Below are positions 37,600 through 47,601 of a DNA stretch of 64,000 bases, piece by piece; position 1 is the first letter of the stretch; every line of letters starts with the position of its first letter. The notes below the pieces were generated by a model, which saw nothing but the letters and a program-made list of their open reading frames with translations, searched no databases and was not told where the DNA came from. The stretch comes from Parvibaculaceae bacterium (GTDB taxonomy: Bacteria > Pseudomonadota > Alphaproteobacteria > Parvibaculales > Parvibaculaceae): positions 2,106,066-2,170,065 of the forward strand of contig JAHBYJ010000001.1 of assembly GCA_019636015.1 (NCBI GenBank), given 5' to 3'. A program made the translations under genes and the position numbers.

Positions 37600-39057
37600 T
37601 CAGCTGCCGCGCGCCGCTTCGTGCATCTCGAGAATATTTCGGCCGGGTTTCGCGCCGCCAAGGCTCACCAGGACGATGAAAATGCTCGCCGCCAGAAAGC
37701 CCGGCAGAATTTCATAGATATCGAAAATGCCGCCCGAAAGCTGCTTCCAGATGATCACCGTCACTGTGCCGGAAAGCATCCCCGCCAGCGCACCGTTGCG
37801 TGTCATCCGTCCCCAGAACAATGAGAAGAGCACGACGGGGCCGAAGGCCGCGCCGAAGCCCGCCCAGGCATAGGCGACAAGCGCCAGCACGCTGCTGTCG
37901 CGGTCGAGCGCCAGCAAGAGTGCAATCACGGAAATCGCCAGCACCGAAAGCCGCCCGGCATTGAGCAGCTCTCTCTCGCTCGCCTCTTTCCGGAAAAGCC
38001 GTTTCCAGAAGTCTTCCGCTATCGCGCTCGACGAGACGAGAAGCTGCGACGACACGGTGCTCATGATCGCCGCAAGAACGGCGGCCAGCAGGATGCCCGC
38101 CATCCATGGGTTGAACAGCGCCTGTGACAAGGCCAGGAAAACAGTCTCGGGGTTGCCGAGCGGTGCGGCGGCGAAAAAGCCGATCCCGGCAAATCCCGTG
38201 GCAATGGCGCCGTAAAGCGCCAGCACCATCCAGGTCATGCCGATGGCCTGAGCCTGCGGCATGTCGCGCTCGTCATGGAGCGCCATGAAGCGCGCCAGAA
38301 TATGCGGCTGCCCGAAATAGCCGAGGCCCCAGGCCAGCAACGACACCGCGCCGATGAGGCTCGTCCCGTGAAAGGCGTCGAATACACCTGCGCTCGCGGC
38401 AGCACTCGCCGCCTCCGTCGAAGCGCCCCACCCGCCCATGCTCGACATGGCCACCGCGGGCACGATCAAAAGCGCAAGGAACATCATGATGCCCTGCACC
38501 GTGTCGGTCCAGCAGACGCCGAGAAAGCCGCCTATCGCTGTATAGGAAAGGATGCTAACCGTGCCGATGATGAGGGCCGCCCGGTAATCCAGCCCGAACA
38601 CCTGCTCGAACAGGATGGCGCCGGAGACGAGCCCGGCCGATGTATAGATCGTGAAGAAGATGAGGATGACGAAGGCGCTCGCGACGCGGAGCATCCGGCT
38701 GCTGTCGGCAAAGCGGTTCTCGAAGTAGTCGGGCAGCGTCAGCGCATCGCCCGCAAGCTCCGTATAACGGCGCAGCCGGCGCGCGACATATTGCCAGTTG
38801 AGAAGCGCACCCGCGACGAGACCCACGGCGATCCAGATCTGGTTCATGCCGGAGGCATAGATGGCGCCGGGAAGTCCCAGCATCAGCCAGCCGCTCATGT
38901 CCGACGCGCCGGCTGAAAGCGCAGCCACGCCGCCATTGAGCTGCCGCCCGCCGAGAATGTAGTCCTTGAGATTGGAGGTATAGCGATAGGCCGCGACACC
39001 GAGACCGAGCATGGCCAGGAGATAGATACTAATGGTGAGGGCGATCGTCCCGCTCAT
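37600..39057 (-). CDS. putP: Sodium/proline symporter
   Basis: ALSAGASDMSGWLMLGLPG, WGLGYFGQPHILARFM and AWAGFGAAFGP motifs. Confidence 0.95.
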   Translation of the reverse strand: MSGTIALTISIYLLAMLGLGVAAYRYTSNLKDYILGGRQLNGGVAALSAGASDMSGWLMLGLPGAIYASGMNQIWIAVGLVAGALLNWQYVARRLRRYTELAGDALTLPDYFENRFADSSRMLRVASAFVILIFFTIYTSAGLVSGAILFEQVFGLDYRAALIIGTVSILSYTAIGGFLGVCWTDTVQGIMMFLALLIVPAVAMSSMGGWGASTEAASAAASAGVFDAFHGTSLIGAVSLLAWGLGYFGQPHILARFMALHDERDMPQAQAIGMTWMVLALYGAIATGFAGIGFFAAAPLGNPETVFLALSQALFNPWMAGILLAAVLAAIMSTVSSQLLVSSSAIAEDFWKRLFRKEASERELLNAGRLSVLAISVIALLLALDRDSSVLALVAYAWAGFGAAFGPVVLFSLFWGRMTRNGALAGMLSGTVTVIIWKQLSGGIFDIYEILPGFLAASIFIVLVSLGGAKPGRNILEMHEAARGS

Positions 39058-39168
39058 CGTACCGCTCTCAGCCAGCCGGCAACGGAAATGATCACGGCAA
39101 GCGCAGGTAGCGCGAGCAAGATAATGGTGCCGATAGTCAGACCGCCGATCATGTGCCCCCTTGCGGGC

Positions 39169-39468
39169 CTACATGATGGGAGGCCCGCCCATCTGCCGAG
39201 TTAGCCAATATGCAGGGGGATATGCAAGGCCGTCCGCCGATACGCTCTGTTCCGGCAGAGCATTGCCTTCAAGGCTGCGATTGAAATTGCTGTATTGGCC
39301 CTTGTGCCCAAGGCGCGGGTCGACCCGGTATTCCGCCTGCAGATGCTCATGGGCGGCGGCGAGCTTGTGGCTGAAGCCGAAGACAGCCTCGGTCGGGTCC
39401 AGACCATAGGTCCAGACGCAGGCGAAAAACCCCAGAATGAACCCGCCGATGAGCTTTCCCAAGGGCAT
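39169..39468 (-). CDS. Small hypothetical membrane protein (99 aa)
   Basis: GGAGG RBS; N-terminal TM segment with GFFACVW. Confidence 0.7.
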   Translation of the reverse strand: MPLGKLIGGFILGFFACVWTYGLDPTEAVFGFSHKLAAAHEHLQAEYRVDPRLGHKGQYSNFNRSLEGNALPEQSVSADGLAYPPAYWLTRQMGGPPIM

Positions 39469-39516
39469 TTCCTCCGGTCGCAGGACGACATTCGGGGAAA
39501 TTATGCCGATCTATGC

Positions 39517-39531
39517 TTAACGGCAGGTTAA
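39517..39531. promoter_or_regulatory. CtrA binding site
   Basis: TTAA-CGGCAGG-TTAA (TTAA-N7-TTAA) about 50 bp upstream of the 39468 start. Confidence 0.7.
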
Positions 39532-39565
39532 GACCGAATTGGGGATTTCATCCGTCCTCGAACGA

Positions 39566-40345
39566 TCAGATCGACTGGCCGTCATCCACCGTAAAGAGCG
39601 AGCCGGTGATGAAGCGGCCATGGTCCGATACAAGCAGCAGCAACGTGCCGTCCAGATCTTCCTCGAGCCCGAGCCTCCGCCTCGGCCAGCTCTTGATCTG
39701 CCGCTGGCCGCCTTCGGATTTGAACCAGTCGGAGTTCAGCTCGGTCTCGATGAAGCCGGGGCACATGGCGTTCACATTGATCTGGTGCCGCGCCCATTCC
39801 TTGCCGAGCGATCTCGTCATCATCGCGACCGCCGCCTTCGTCATGCAATAGATGGTAAGACCCGGCAGCACCGTATGCGCGCCGATCGAAGCGATATTGA
39901 CGATGCGGCCGCCTTGCCCGCGCGCCATCATGGAGCGGCCGGCCGCCTGCGCCATGAAGAAGGCGCCGCGCACATTCGTGTCGAACATCGTGTCGAAGCC
40001 GTCCGGCGTCACTTCGGCCGGCAGCGCCTGCACATTCATGCCCGCATTGTTGATGAGTATGTCGAGCGGTCCGAGCTTCGCTTCCGTCTCGGTCACGCAG
40101 TCGGCAATGCTCTTCGTATCGGTCACGTCGAGCGCAATGGCGGCGGCCGTGCCGCCCATCGCCTCGATCTCGGCCTTGAGCTCGGAGAGCCGCTCGACGC
40201 GCCGTCCGGTGATCGCCACCTTTGCGCCCGCCTTGGCGAGAACCAGTGCGAAACGGCGGCCAAGACCGCTGGTTGCGCCGGTCACAAGCGCCACCTTGCC
40301 CGTGAGGTCGTAGTCCGGCAGCTTGATTTCCGTAGCGTCGGTCAT
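39566..40345 (-). CDS. SDR family oxidoreductase
   Basis: TGATSGLG, NNAG and YCMTK motifs. Confidence 0.92.
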   Translation of the reverse strand: MTDATEIKLPDYDLTGKVALVTGATSGLGRRFALVLAKAGAKVAITGRRVERLSELKAEIEAMGGTAAAIALDVTDTKSIADCVTETEAKLGPLDILINNAGMNVQALPAEVTPDGFDTMFDTNVRGAFFMAQAAGRSMMARGQGGRIVNIASIGAHTVLPGLTIYCMTKAAVAMMTRSLGKEWARHQINVNAMCPGFIETELNSDWFKSEGGQRQIKSWPRRRLGLEEDLDGTLLLLVSDHGRFITGSLFTVDDGQSI

Positions 40346-40496
40346 GGTCTTCGCCCGCATCCTCTTGTTTTGATTGCCGTTTCCAGCTCGCGGCATCCTA
40401 GATGGCAAAGCGCGTCGGTCAAGGCCGCATGCGCCTTGCCCTCACCCGCCCGCTCTCCGCATAATCGGAAAAACGCCGAAGCCGAGGGAGGCCCGA

Positions 40497-41141
40497 ATGC
40501 AGCTCGACGTCGTTTCCGATACCGTCTGCCCGTGGTGCTACATCGGCAAGAAGCGCCTCGATCAGGCGCTCTCCATTCATGGCGGCGAAGGCATCACCCT
40601 TGCCTGGCGTCCCTTTCAGCTCGACGCCTCGATCCCGCCCGAAGGGCTCGACCGAAAGACCTACATGGAAAGGAAATTCGGCGGCGAACGTGCCAGGGAG
40701 ATCGGCAACACGATCCGCGAATTCGGTCAGGCTGTCGGCATCGACTTCCGTTTCGATCTGATCGAAAAATCGCCGAATACGATGGACAGCCACCGCCTCA
40801 TCCGCTGGGCGAGCACCGCCGGCTGCCAGAATGAAATGGTCGAAAGCCTGTTCCGCCGCTATTTCGTCGAAGGCCAGGATATCGGCTCGCACGATGTGCT
40901 TGCCGAAGCCGCCGCCGAAGTCGGCATGGATGCGGACATCGTGCGCGACCTTCTCTCCAAGGATGCCGACAAGGCGCTCATTGCGCGCGAGGACGCGACG
41001 GCGCGCGAGCTCGGCATTCAGGGCGTGCCGAGCTTCGTCATCAATGCGCAATGGGTCGTTACCGGCGCGCAGGAGCCGGAAACGCTGGTGCGCATGTTCA
41101 ACAAGTTGCTGGCAAGGGAAGCGGAGGCTGCCGTCGGCTGA
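40497..41141 (+). CDS. DsbA family oxidoreductase (FrnE-like)
   Basis: SDTVCPWCYIG, GVPSF and GAQ motifs. Confidence 0.9.
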   Translation: MQLDVVSDTVCPWCYIGKKRLDQALSIHGGEGITLAWRPFQLDASIPPEGLDRKTYMERKFGGERAREIGNTIREFGQAVGIDFRFDLIEKSPNTMDSHRLIRWASTAGCQNEMVESLFRRYFVEGQDIGSHDVLAEAAAEVGMDADIVRDLLSKDADKALIAREDATARELGIQGVPSFVINAQWVVTGAQEPETLVRMFNKLLAREAEAAVG

Positions 41142-41164
41142 CAGCGGCCATCAAGGGGGGAAAC

Positions 41165-41608
41165 ATGACGACGCAATCATCTCTGCTCGGGCAGCGCCTT
41201 CTGCTGCTCGGCATGATCCTGTTCATGATCGGACTGCTGACGGGCTTCGTCTCCGGCACATTCGAAAATCCGCGCATGGGTCTCTCCGCCCATCTCGAAG
41301 GCCTGATGAACGGGACCTTCCTCGCCGTACTCGGCCTCTTCTGGCACCGCCTTGCGCTTGGCGCGAAGGCATCGCTCGCTGCCTTCTGGCTTGTCGTCTA
41401 TGCGGCCTATGCGAACTGGCTCGGCGTACTGCTCGGCGGCATCTGGGGCGCGGGCGCCTCCATGATGCCCATCGCCGCAAAAGGGCTCATGGGAACGCCC
41501 ATCCAGGAAGGCATCATCGCCTTCCTGCTGATCTCCATCTCGGTCGCCATGGTCGCCGGCGTCGGCTTGGTGATCTGGGGCTTGTGGAAAGCGCCAAAGG
41601 CCGCCTGA
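41165..41608 (+). CDS. Membrane protein resembling styrene oxide isomerase StyC
   Basis: Four TM segments; NPRMGLSAHLEGLMNG motif. Confidence 0.65.
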   Translation: MTTQSSLLGQRLLLLGMILFMIGLLTGFVSGTFENPRMGLSAHLEGLMNGTFLAVLGLFWHRLALGAKASLAAFWLVVYAAYANWLGVLLGGIWGAGASMMPIAAKGLMGTPIQEGIIAFLLISISVAMVAGVGLVIWGLWKAPKAA

Positions 41609-41614
41609 CGCCGG

Positions 41615-44600
41615 TCACGCGGCCTTGCCCTGCCCCGCAAGCTTCGCCAGGGTCGACATCAGCCTGTGCGTACCGGCAAGACGCTCGGCAGGCGTGTCCC
41701 AGTCGCGCATGAAGACGAGCTTGTGGTCGGGGCGGAGCTTCGCCTTGCCGCGCTCGTCATTGATGAGCTCCACGAGCGCCGCCGGATTGGGGAAGGTGTT
41801 TTCGCGCAGCGAGAGCACGATACCCTTCGGGCCGGCTTCGATCTTCTCGACATTCGCTGTGCGGCAGAGCCCCTTGATCTCGACGATCTTGAGCAGGAAT
41901 TCGACTTCCTCCGGCAGCTTGCCGAAGCGATCGATGAGTTCCGCCGCGAAGCCATCCGTCTCGGCCCGCGTCTCCACATCCGACAAACGGCGGTAAAGCG
42001 CCATGCGCGCATCGAGGTCGGGCACATAACTTTCGGGGATGAGAACCGGCGTGCCCACATTGATCTGCGGCGACCATTGTCCTTCTTCCGTGCCGATGCC
42101 GCGCATCGAGGCGACGGCTTCCTCCAGCATCTCCTGATAGAGTTCGTAGCCGACTTCCTTGATATGACCGGACTGTTCATCGCCGAGCAGGTTGCCTGCA
42201 CCGCGAATATCGAGATCGTGGCTCGCAAGCGAGAATCCGGCGCCGAGCGAGTCGAGCGACTGCAGCACGCGGAGCCGCTTCTCGGCCGCAGGCGTCAGTG
42301 TGCGGTAAGGCGGCACGGTGAGATAGGCATAAGCCCGCGCCTTGGAGCGCCCCACGCGTCCGCGCAACTGATAGAGCTGCGCGAGGCCGAACATGTCGGC
42401 GCGGTGCACGACAAGCGTGTTCGCCGTCGGAATGTCGAGCCCGGATTCCACGATCGTCGTGGAGACGAGAACATCGTATTTGCCGTCGTAGAAGGCCGTC
42501 ATCTTGTCTTCGATTTCACCGGCAGCCATCTGGCCATGCGCCGCTATGAACTTCACCTCCGGCACATATTCGCGCAGGAATTCTTCGGCCTCGGCGAGAT
42601 CGGCGATACGCGGCACGACATAGAAACTCTGCCCGCCGCGAAAATGCTCGCGCAGCAGGGCTTCTCGAATGACCACCGGATCGAACGGCGAGACATAGGT
42701 GCGAACGGCAAGCCGGTCGACCGGCGGCGTCGCGATCAGCGACAATTCGCGCACGCCCGATAGCGCCAGCTGCAGCGTGCGCGGGATCGGCGTCGCCGTC
42801 AGCGTCAGCACATGCACTTCCGCGCGCAGCTTCTTCAGCTGCTCCTTGTGCGCCACGCCGAAATGCTGTTCCTCATCCACGATAACGAGACCGAGATTGC
42901 GGAATTTGACCTGCTTGCTGAGCAGCGCATGCGTCCCGATCACGATGTCCACATCGCCGCTCGCAAGCCCCTCACGCGCCTCCGCCATGTCCTTGGTGCC
43001 GACAAGCCGCGACATCTGCCGGAGCTTGAGCGGCAATCCCTGAAAACGCTGCGAGAAGGTACGGTAATGCTGCCGCGCAAGCAGTGTCGTCGGCACCACT
43101 ACCGCCACCTGATAGCCGGCCATCGCCGCCACGAAGGCCGTGCGCAGCGCCACCTCCGTCTTGCCGAAGCCGACATCGCCGCAGACGAGCCGGTCCATCG
43201 GCCGGCCCCGCGCAAGGTCTTCCAGCACGCTCGCGATCGCCTGTTCCTGGTCTTCCGTCTCCGTGAAGGGGAAGCGCGCGCAGAATTCGTCATAGGCGCC
43301 GGGTGTGGGCTCCATCGCCGGCGCTGTTTTGAGTTCGCGCGCCGCCGCAATGCGGATGAGTTCCGCCGCCATCTCGCGGATGCGCTGCTTGAGCTTCGCC
43401 TTGCGCGCCTGCCAGCCGGTGCCGCCGAGACGGTCGAGCGCGGCATCGCTGTCATCCGCGCCATAGCGCGACAGGAGTTCGATATTCTCGACCGGCAGAT
43501 AGAGCTTGTCGCCGCCATGATAAACGAGCAGCAGGCAGTCATGCGGCGCGCCCATGACCTCGATCGTCTGCAGCCGCTCGAACCGGCCGATGCCGTGATC
43601 GACATGCACGACGAGGTCGCCCGGCGTCAGGCTCGATGCTTCGGTGAGGAAGTTCTCCGCGCGCTTCTTCCGGCGCTGGCGGATGAGCCGGTCGCCCAGC
43701 ACGTCCTGTTCGCCGATCACGGCAATGTCATCCGTCTCGAAGCCGGCCTCGAGACCGAGAACAATCAGCGAAACTGTCGCCCTGCTAACACTGTTAACAT
43801 CGGCCCAGCTATCGGCGATGAGAACATTTCCGATACTGTGATCCGCAAGCACATGCTGCAGCCGGTCCCGCGCGCCTTCGCTCCAGCTTGCAATGGCGAT
43901 GCGCTTTCCCGCCCGGCGAAGCCCCGCAATATGCCCGCCCAGCACCTCGAAGATATTGGTGCCTTCCTGCGCACGCTCCGGCGCAAAATTGCGTCCCTGC
44001 TTGCCGCCAAGATTGAGCCCCGCCGTCTCCGGCACGCTGAAAGGCGTGAGATCGCGAATGCGCCGCCCCGACAGCAGCTCGCGCCATTCTTCGTCCGAGA
44101 GATAAAGCGCCTCGGGCTTCAGCGGCTTGTAGCTCGGCGCGTCGGCCGCGAGCTTCGCCGCGCTGCCCTGCTGGCGCGCCTCCGCCCGCGCATCGTAATA
44201 ATCCGCGATGAGTTCGAACCGCGCGGCCTTCGCCTCTTCAAGCTGCGCGTCGAAGGCAATGAGCCCCTCCGGCACATAGTCGAAAAGCGTCTCCATGCGC
44301 TCGTGAAACAGCGGCAGCCAGTGCTCCATGCCGGCATGCTTGCGTCCTTCGCTGACGGCCGCATAGAGCGGATCGTCGCCGGTCGCCGCGCCGAGCGTCG
44401 CCACATAGGCCGCCCGGAAACGGCGAATGGCTTCCGCATCGAGATGGATTTCGCTGGCGGGCACAAGCTCGATCGATTTGAGCTGGCCCACTGTTCTCTG
44501 CGTCGCCGCATCGAAGCTGCGGATCGTGTCCAGCGTGTCGCCGAACATGTCGAGCCGCACCGGAAGTTCGAAGCCTGACGGATAGAGATCGACAATGCCG

Positions 44601-45109
44601 CCGCGCACGGCGAATTCGCCAGGTTCGCGCACCGTCCCTGTCCGGTTATAGCCATTGGCCGCGAGATAGGCCGTCAGCGCGTCGAGGTCGATACGGTTGC
44701 CCGTGCGTGCCGACCATGCGGATCGCGTCACCGTCTCGCGCGGCGGCACGCGCTGAAGCACCGCGTTGACGGTGGTGAGCAGAACGACCGGGGCCCCGCC
44801 GCCCGCCTTCTCCAGCGCTGCCAGCCGCGAAAGCGCGGCCATGCGCCGCGCGCTGATCTCGCCATTGGGCGACACCCGGTCATAGGGCAGGCAGTCCCAC
44901 GCCGGAAAAACGACGATCTCGATCTCGGGCGCGAAAAAGCCGAGCGCCTCGCGAAGCGCGGCCATGCGCGCGTCGTCCCGCGCAATGTGAACGGTCACGC
45001 CGCCACCTGCGCGGGCCATGTCGGCCAGCACCAGCGCGTCGAAACCTTCCGGCGTTTCGCCGAGCGTCAGGCGTCCCGGCGCCGAAACAATGTCAGCAAT
45101 TCTCTTCAA
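41615..45109 (-). CDS. mfd: Transcription-repair coupling factor
   Basis: WDCLPYD, GDVGFGKTEVA, DEEQHFG and TRCF C-terminus. Confidence 0.97.
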   Translation of the reverse strand: MKRIADIVSAPGRLTLGETPEGFDALVLADMARAGGGVTVHIARDDARMAALREALGFFAPEIEIVVFPAWDCLPYDRVSPNGEISARRMAALSRLAALEKAGGGAPVVLLTTVNAVLQRVPPRETVTRSAWSARTGNRIDLDALTAYLAANGYNRTGTVREPGEFAVRGGIVDLYPSGFELPVRLDMFGDTLDTIRSFDAATQRTVGQLKSIELVPASEIHLDAEAIRRFRAAYVATLGAATGDDPLYAAVSEGRKHAGMEHWLPLFHERMETLFDYVPEGLIAFDAQLEEAKAARFELIADYYDARAEARQQGSAAKLAADAPSYKPLKPEALYLSDEEWRELLSGRRIRDLTPFSVPETAGLNLGGKQGRNFAPERAQEGTNIFEVLGGHIAGLRRAGKRIAIASWSEGARDRLQHVLADHSIGNVLIADSWADVNSVSRATVSLIVLGLEAGFETDDIAVIGEQDVLGDRLIRQRRKKRAENFLTEASSLTPGDLVVHVDHGIGRFERLQTIEVMGAPHDCLLLVYHGGDKLYLPVENIELLSRYGADDSDAALDRLGGTGWQARKAKLKQRIREMAAELIRIAAARELKTAPAMEPTPGAYDEFCARFPFTETEDQEQAIASVLEDLARGRPMDRLVCGDVGFGKTEVALRTAFVAAMAGYQVAVVVPTTLLARQHYRTFSQRFQGLPLKLRQMSRLVGTKDMAEAREGLASGDVDIVIGTHALLSKQVKFRNLGLVIVDEEQHFGVAHKEQLKKLRAEVHVLTLTATPIPRTLQLALSGVRELSLIATPPVDRLAVRTYVSPFDPVVIREALLREHFRGGQSFYVVPRIADLAEAEEFLREYVPEVKFIAAHGQMAAGEIEDKMTAFYDGKYDVLVSTTIVESGLDIPTANTLVVHRADMFGLAQLYQLRGRVGRSKARAYAYLTVPPYRTLTPAAEKRLRVLQSLDSLGAGFSLASHDLDIRGAGNLLGDEQSGHIKEVGYELYQEMLEEAVASMRGIGTEEGQWSPQINVGTPVLIPESYVPDLDARMALYRRLSDVETRAETDGFAAELIDRFGKLPEEVEFLLKIVEIKGLCRTANVEKIEAGPKGIVLSLRENTFPNPAALVELINDERGKAKLRPDHKLVFMRDWDTPAERLAGTHRLMSTLAKLAGQGKAA

Positions 45110-45128
45110 GGATTTGGCCCCCGGCGCA

Positions 45129-45419
45129 TCAGCGGCCGGCGGTCCCCTTCATGTGGTTGAAAGTCTTGATCCGCGCGAACAGCGCATGGTCGTGCTCGCC
45201 CGGAACGGCCTCCCGTCCGGTCAGCCAGTTGTAAAGCTGCGTATCCTCGACTTCGATCAGCGTTTCATAGATGTCGAGCTCGGAATCGCTGAGCGTATCC
45301 AGGATAATATCGGCGAACCGCCCGAGGATAAGGTCCATCTCCTTGATGCCCCGGTGCCAGGAGCGGAACTTCAGTTTCCGCAGGCGAATGTCGCGGTCCG
45401 GGCTCGTCTCGCCGGTCAT
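45129..45419 (-). CDS. sdhE: Succinate dehydrogenase assembly factor (SdhE/SDHAF2)
   Basis: FRSWHRGIKEMDLILG motif; usual position between mfd and recG. Confidence 0.9.
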   Translation of the reverse strand: MTGETSPDRDIRLRKLKFRSWHRGIKEMDLILGRFADIILDTLSDSELDIYETLIEVEDTQLYNWLTGREAVPGEHDHALFARIKTFNHMKGTAGR

Positions 45420-45516
45420 GCATTTTCTCCTTTGCGCATGGCGGGGATATAGACCGCACCGGGCCATATGTCATTAGAATGCCTCATGATTCCCGTCCAC
45501 AGGCAGGGCCCGGCCC

Positions 45517-47601
45517 ATGCGGCCTGAAATCCTCTTTCCGCTTTTCGCACCGGCCCGTACGCTGCCGGGCATCGGCCCGCGCCTTGAAAAGCTGGTGGAG
45601 CGCCTAGCGGGTCCCAAGGTGGTGGATCTCCTCTGGCACCTGCCTTCAGGCCTGATCGACCGCCGCCGCCGCCCGAAAATCGCCGAAGCGCGCGACGGCG
45701 AGATCGCCACCATGGAGGTAACCGTCGGCCTTCACATCCCGCCCCGCCTCAAGCGCCTCCCTTATCGGGTCCATGTGTCGGACGAGACAGGCGAGATGCA
45801 GCTCATCTTTTTCAATGCCCGGGCCGACTACCTCGCCAAGACGTTGCCGGAAGGTGCGCAGCGGATCGTTTCGGGCCGCGTGGAGTTCTACCAGGGCGCG
45901 CCGCAGATGACCCATCCGGACCACATCGTCGGGCCCGAGGAACTTGCCGCCCTGCCGCTTCTGGAACCCATCTATCCGCTCACCGCGGGCCTGCCGCTGA
46001 AATCGCTGCAGAAAGCCATCCGCTCCGCTTTGCCGAGCTTGCCCGATCTGCCGGAATGGCAGAACGGCCCCTGGCTGAAGGCAAATGGCTGGGCTGGTTG
46101 GCGGGTGTCCGTGCAATCCGCGCATGAGCCGCAATCCGCGGCCGATATCGCGCCTGATGCCGCCCCTCGGGCGCGCCTCGCCTACGACGAATTGCTGGCG
46201 AACCAGCTTGCGCTCGGTCTCGTACGCGCCCGCATGAAGAAGCGGCCGGGCCGCTCCATCGCGGGCGATGGCCGCCTGCGGCGCAAGGTCGAGGAGGCGC
46301 TTCCCTTCGCTCTGACGGATGCGCAGGCGCGCTCGCTCAGCGAAATCGAGGCAGACATGAAGGCACCACATCGCATGCTGCGGCTGCTTCAGGGCGATGT
46401 CGGCAGCGGCAAGACGGTCGTTGCCTTGCTTGCCATGCTGAACGCGGTGGAAGCCGGCTTTCAGGCCGCCATGATGGCGCCGACGGAAATTCTCGCGCGC
46501 CAGCATCACGCATCGCTCGCCCCGCTCTGCGAAGCGGCGGGTGTGAAGCTCGCCCTGCTCACGGGGCGCGAAAAGGGAAAGCCGCGCGAGGAAATTCTCG
46601 GGGCGCTTGCAGACGGCAGCATCGACATCCTTGTCGGTACCCATGCCCTGTTCCAGGAAGATGTGGCGTTCAACGCGCTGGCCCTCGCCGTGGTGGACGA
46701 GCAGCACCGCTTCGGCGTCCATCAGCGTCTCCTGCTCACCTCCAAGGGCGGGCCCGGCACCGATGTCCTGGTGATGACCGCAACGCCCATCCCTCGCACG
46801 CTGACGCTCACCGCCTATGGCGACATGGATGTCTCGAAGCTCGATGAGAAGCCGCCGGGGCGGAAGCCCGTCGACACGCGCGCCCTGCCGCTCGACCGGC
46901 TCGATGAAATCGTCGCGGGCCTTCCGCGTGCCCTTGCGCGCGGTGCGCAGATCTACTGGGTCTGCCCGCTGGTCGAGGAGTCCGATGAGGTGGACGCCGC
47001 CGCGGCAGAGGAACGATACAAGCATCTGAGATCGGTCTTCGGCGACATCGTCGGCCTCGTTCACGGCCGCATGAAGCCGATCGACAAGGATGCCGTCATG
47101 GCGCGCTTCGCGGCGGGCGAAATCAAGGTCCTCGTCGCGACCACGGTGATCGAGGTCGGCGTCAACGTGCCGTCCGCCACCGTGATGGTGATCGAGCATG
47201 CGGAGCGCTTCGGCCTCGCCCAGCTCCATCAGTTGCGCGGGCGCGTCGGCCGCGGCACGGGAAAATCGAGCTGCCTGCTTCTCTATCAGACCCCGCTCGG
47301 CGAGACGGCTGAAGCGCGCATCAAGATCATGCGCGAGACGGAAGACGGGTTCCGCATCGCCGAGGAAGATTTGCGGCTGCGCGGCGCCGGCGAACTTCTC
47401 GGCACGCGTCAGAGCGGCCTCCCCGCCTTCCGCATCGCCGATCTCGAAACGCAGAAGGAACTCCTCGCCGCCGCGCATGACGACGCCCGAATGATCGTCG
47501 AACGCGACCCGGAACTCGAAAGCGAAAGAGGCCGCGCGCTGCGCACCCTGCTCTATCTGTTCGAGCGCGACGAAGCGATCCGCTATCTCCGGTCAGGCTG
47601 A
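45517..47601 (+). CDS. recG: ATP-dependent DNA helicase RecG
   Basis: QGDVGSGKT, DEQHRFG and QLHQLRGRVGRG motifs. Confidence 0.97.
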   Translation: MRPEILFPLFAPARTLPGIGPRLEKLVERLAGPKVVDLLWHLPSGLIDRRRRPKIAEARDGEIATMEVTVGLHIPPRLKRLPYRVHVSDETGEMQLIFFNARADYLAKTLPEGAQRIVSGRVEFYQGAPQMTHPDHIVGPEELAALPLLEPIYPLTAGLPLKSLQKAIRSALPSLPDLPEWQNGPWLKANGWAGWRVSVQSAHEPQSAADIAPDAAPRARLAYDELLANQLALGLVRARMKKRPGRSIAGDGRLRRKVEEALPFALTDAQARSLSEIEADMKAPHRMLRLLQGDVGSGKTVVALLAMLNAVEAGFQAAMMAPTEILARQHHASLAPLCEAAGVKLALLTGREKGKPREEILGALADGSIDILVGTHALFQEDVAFNALALAVVDEQHRFGVHQRLLLTSKGGPGTDVLVMTATPIPRTLTLTAYGDMDVSKLDEKPPGRKPVDTRALPLDRLDEIVAGLPRALARGAQIYWVCPLVEESDEVDAAAAEERYKHLRSVFGDIVGLVHGRMKPIDKDAVMARFAAGEIKVLVATTVIEVGVNVPSATVMVIEHAERFGLAQLHQLRGRVGRGTGKSSCLLLYQTPLGETAEARIKIMRETEDGFRIAEEDLRLRGAGELLGTRQSGLPAFRIADLETQKELLAAAHDDARMIVERDPELESERGRALRTLLYLFERDEAIRYLRSG

